From IMG/VR virus record IMGVR_UViG_3300033521_000030, positions 1 to 24,979 of that record: 24,979 nucleotides of DNA, one strand, 5' to 3'. Shown piece after piece: positions 22,979-24,979 of this stretch (its first letter is position 1; the number at the start of each line of letters is the position of its first letter). Origin of the DNA: a virus (Duplodnaviria; Caudoviricetes). The translations under genes and the position numbers were made by a program. Under the pieces are notes generated by a model that saw nothing but the letters and a program-made list of their open reading frames with translations, did not search any database and had not been told where the DNA came from.

Positions 22979-24796
22979 TTACACCCTGTCGATGTCGCCG
23001 CGAATCTGAATGCAGAACGAGTCCGAATCCTCTGTCGCCGGCCCCTGCTGAATGGTGCGAGCCACCCACACCGGGAAGTTGCTCGCGATGATGTTGAAGC
23101 GCAGCACGTTGCCGCTCGCCCAGCCCGTGCCCCAGCCGCCGGGGTTGACGGTGAAGTAAGGCTGCCCGGTCGCGGGGTTGTTCGGAGCGATGACGTTGGC
23201 AATGGACTGATTCTCCGCCACTTGTCCTACCGTCTCGCCGACCACGCGAACCTGAGTGGTCGAGGTGAAGATCAGCGCCCACCGCTCCTGCACCACGCCA
23301 GCGTTGTTGACGCCGATGGGGAAGTCCCGGTCGTTGTAGCTCGCGGTCGGTGAACTGGACGGCGTGTCACTCCACGCGCCGCTCCACGATGACTGCTCGA
23401 ACAGGTTCGTGTACCTGCCCTGCATGTCGCCGATGATGAGCGCAGAGGAGACGTGCGAGCCGGGCACGGGGTAGTCGTGCGTCACCGGGCGGGTCACTGT
23501 CAGCATCCCGTTGATCTGGGCATCGCTGCACAGGCCCATGTCCTCGATGCGATGCTCGATGTCGATGGGCTGTGCGATGCCGGCCATGTTGCCGATCTGC
23601 ACGGTGCCGGCGTCAAGGTCCGCATCCCACAGCGCCTCGTCCACGGCCACGCCATCCGCGTCGAACACGCGCACGCGGGAGACGCGAGTGCGCCCGAGGT
23701 TGACGCTCTGGTTGTTGTAGGAGCCGACGATGTGCGCGGTGTGGTGAACCACGAGCACGTCGCCCGGCTTGAAGATCACCACGCGCCCGTCGGATGGCAG
23801 ACGGACGGGGTTCAGGCCGAGGATGTCCTCGTCCAGCGGAAGGTAGGAGTAGGACACGCAGGCGTAGCGGATGAGGTCGGCATAGACCATCTTCGGCTGG
23901 AACACCTTGCCGTTGATGACGGCATCAGGCTCCGTCGGATACCACCACTCGGATTCCTTGCCCGCCGCCGTCACCCACGCGCCGAAGTACACCTTGACCA
24001 CGCCGGTCTGGTAGTTGATCGAGCCGTAGATGTTGGCGCCGCTGATCTCGCCCGAGGCATCCGCCGAGACGGTGTTGATGCCCTCCTCTCCCAGCAGGGT
24101 GAACTGCATGATGAACGAGCTGGGACGTACCGGGACAGCCGGGACACGGAACGTGACCACATCCACGCCATGCCCGCACACGTTGGTCAGCAGGGCGTTG
24201 ACCGTGCCGCTGTTCGCCGCGCCGGGCGTCCACGAGTTCAGCGTGAGCGTGCCAGCGCCATAGTCGATCTGCCCTACTGCCGTCGCCGCGCCGTTGCTGT
24301 AGTTGAGGTCCGTCACGATGGTGCCGAGCCGGTCGAGCAGCACCTTGCTGCCGAAGGTCAGGCGCAGAGAGCCGCCGACAACCTGCTCCGCGTACTCGGG
24401 CGTGACGTCGAGTTCCAGCTTGTCCCAGAGCACCGTGTCCGTGTGGCTGGTCGGGCTGTCCGATGTCGCGTACCGCACCTTCACCCACCCGCCTTCAAGC
24501 GGGAACATGCTCGGAGCGTTCTCGTAGGTGATGCCCTTCAGCACGTTTCGGTAGACGGCCACCGTCGAGTCAATGTCCAGCCCGGTGATGTCCACGCCGC
24601 CAATCGACAGGTCGAGCGTGTTGGCCTTGCCGATCTTGGTCTGCTTGTACGACGCCAGCGGGTAGGCGCCTGTGACTCGCGGATCGAACGACAGCGCGCC
24701 CGTGGCGTAGTCGATGTTGGCGTAGAGCGCGTGCGGCGTGCCGATAGCGTCCTCGAATCCGCCAACCCCGTCATCCTGTCTCCAAACAACTGGCAT
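22979..24796 (-). CDS. Large tail-tip/baseplate-like structural protein (C-terminal part)
   Basis: TAAGGAG SD. Repeated IDYxTG beta motifs, LGLNPVRLPSDGRV, ERWALIFTS, PNNPATGQPYF...GWG.GW..GNVLRFN and IRGD. Confidence 0.8.
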   Translation of the reverse strand: MPVVWRQDDGVGGFEDAIGTPHALYANIDYATGALSFDPRVTGAYPLASYKQTKIGKANTLDLSIGGVDITGLDIDSTVAVYRNVLKGITYENAPSMFPLEGGWVKVRYATSDSPTSHTDTVLWDKLELDVTPEYAEQVVGGSLRLTFGSKVLLDRLGTIVTDLNYSNGAATAVGQIDYGAGTLTLNSWTPGAANSGTVNALLTNVCGHGVDVVTFRVPAVPVRPSSFIMQFTLLGEEGINTVSADASGEISGANIYGSINYQTGVVKVYFGAWVTAAGKESEWWYPTEPDAVINGKVFQPKMVYADLIRYACVSYSYLPLDEDILGLNPVRLPSDGRVVIFKPGDVLVVHHTAHIVGSYNNQSVNLGRTRVSRVRVFDADGVAVDEALWDADLDAGTVQIGNMAGIAQPIDIEHRIEDMGLCSDAQINGMLTVTRPVTHDYPVPGSHVSSALIIGDMQGRYTNLFEQSSWSGAWSDTPSSSPTASYNDRDFPIGVNNAGVVQERWALIFTSTTQVRVVGETVGQVAENQSIANVIAPNNPATGQPYFTVNPGGWGTGWASGNVLRFNIIASNFPVWVARTIQQGPATEDSDSFCIQIRGDIDRV

Positions 24797-24808
24797 CTTC
24801 GTGTCTCC

Positions 24809-24979
24809 TTAGAAGCACATCGACATCGGGAACCCGGAGAAGCCAAGGCAGCCGCCGCTAGACCCTGACGGGAACGAGTAGTGAATGTCGAAGGCGTTCT
24901 CGTCGATGTTCACTCCCCACGTCAGCGTGACGGAACCGGGCAGGATGTCGGTATCCGGCAGCGGCACCGTGATGCGCCA
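24809..24979 (-). CDS. 3' end of the upstream tail-tip structural protein (partial)
   Basis: Hand translation WRITVPLPDTDILPGSVTLTWGVNIDENAFDIHYSFPSGSSGGCLGFSGFPMSMCF*, open to the window edge and in frame with the next ORF. Confidence 0.7.
   Translation of the reverse strand, partial: WRITVPLPDTDILPGSVTLTWGVNIDENAFDIHYSFPSGSSGGCLGFSGFPMSMCF

Noticed and set aside
24797-24811. Genome-wide stop-codon reassignment
   Set aside because: Other genes read normally in the standard code with TGA/TAG/TAA stops, and this single TAA is followed by a proper SD and ATG.
1-24979. Abundant palindromic sites (GATC, TCGA, GTCGAC, CGATCG) as evidence of modified DNA
   Set aside because: Compatible with protection by base modification but equally explained by ATC/GTC/GAC/GAG codon usage. 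It needs an observed/expected calculation that I cannot run.

Overview
A 25-kb segment of a high-GC (roughly two-thirds G+C by eye) tailed dsDNA phage with lambdoid-like organisation, probably from a beta- or gammaproteobacterial host. The left arm (minus strand, read from ~6170 towards base 1) runs: Cro/YdaS-like regulator, structured non-coding region with two terminators, DUF1376-type replication initiator with iterons, a probable helicase-loader partner, small ORFs, RuvC-like resolvase, probable small terminase, ParB-like protein, TGT/DpdA-like transglycosylase and QueC. The last two point to 7-deazaguanine DNA modification sited in the packaging region. A 410-bp divergent control region has no CI repressor gene but has two IHF-consensus sites. 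The plus strand (6555-16660) is a long early operon of about 25 mostly small ORFs ending in Sak4-like ATPase, Gp157-like protein and SSB. The right arm (minus strand) is a tail-tip module with two tandem paralogous lower-GC fibre/receptor-binding genes. Top hunt results, all inferences that need testing: (1) an early protein ending in a near-copy of the FtsZ C-terminal peptide; (2) a candidate small RNA downstream of cro carrying an anti-Shine-Dalgarno loop and a GU-rich seed complementary to CACACACC elements at early-gene starts, in a region lacking a repressor gene; (3) an 'armless' HU/IHF-like protein together with IHF sites at the early promoter; (4) an acidic ~23-aa-repeat protein that may be a DNA mimic; (5) a tail-tip protein split by an in-frame TAA in the middle of a repeat unit. 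Family assignments come from motif recognition by eye; no searches were run.
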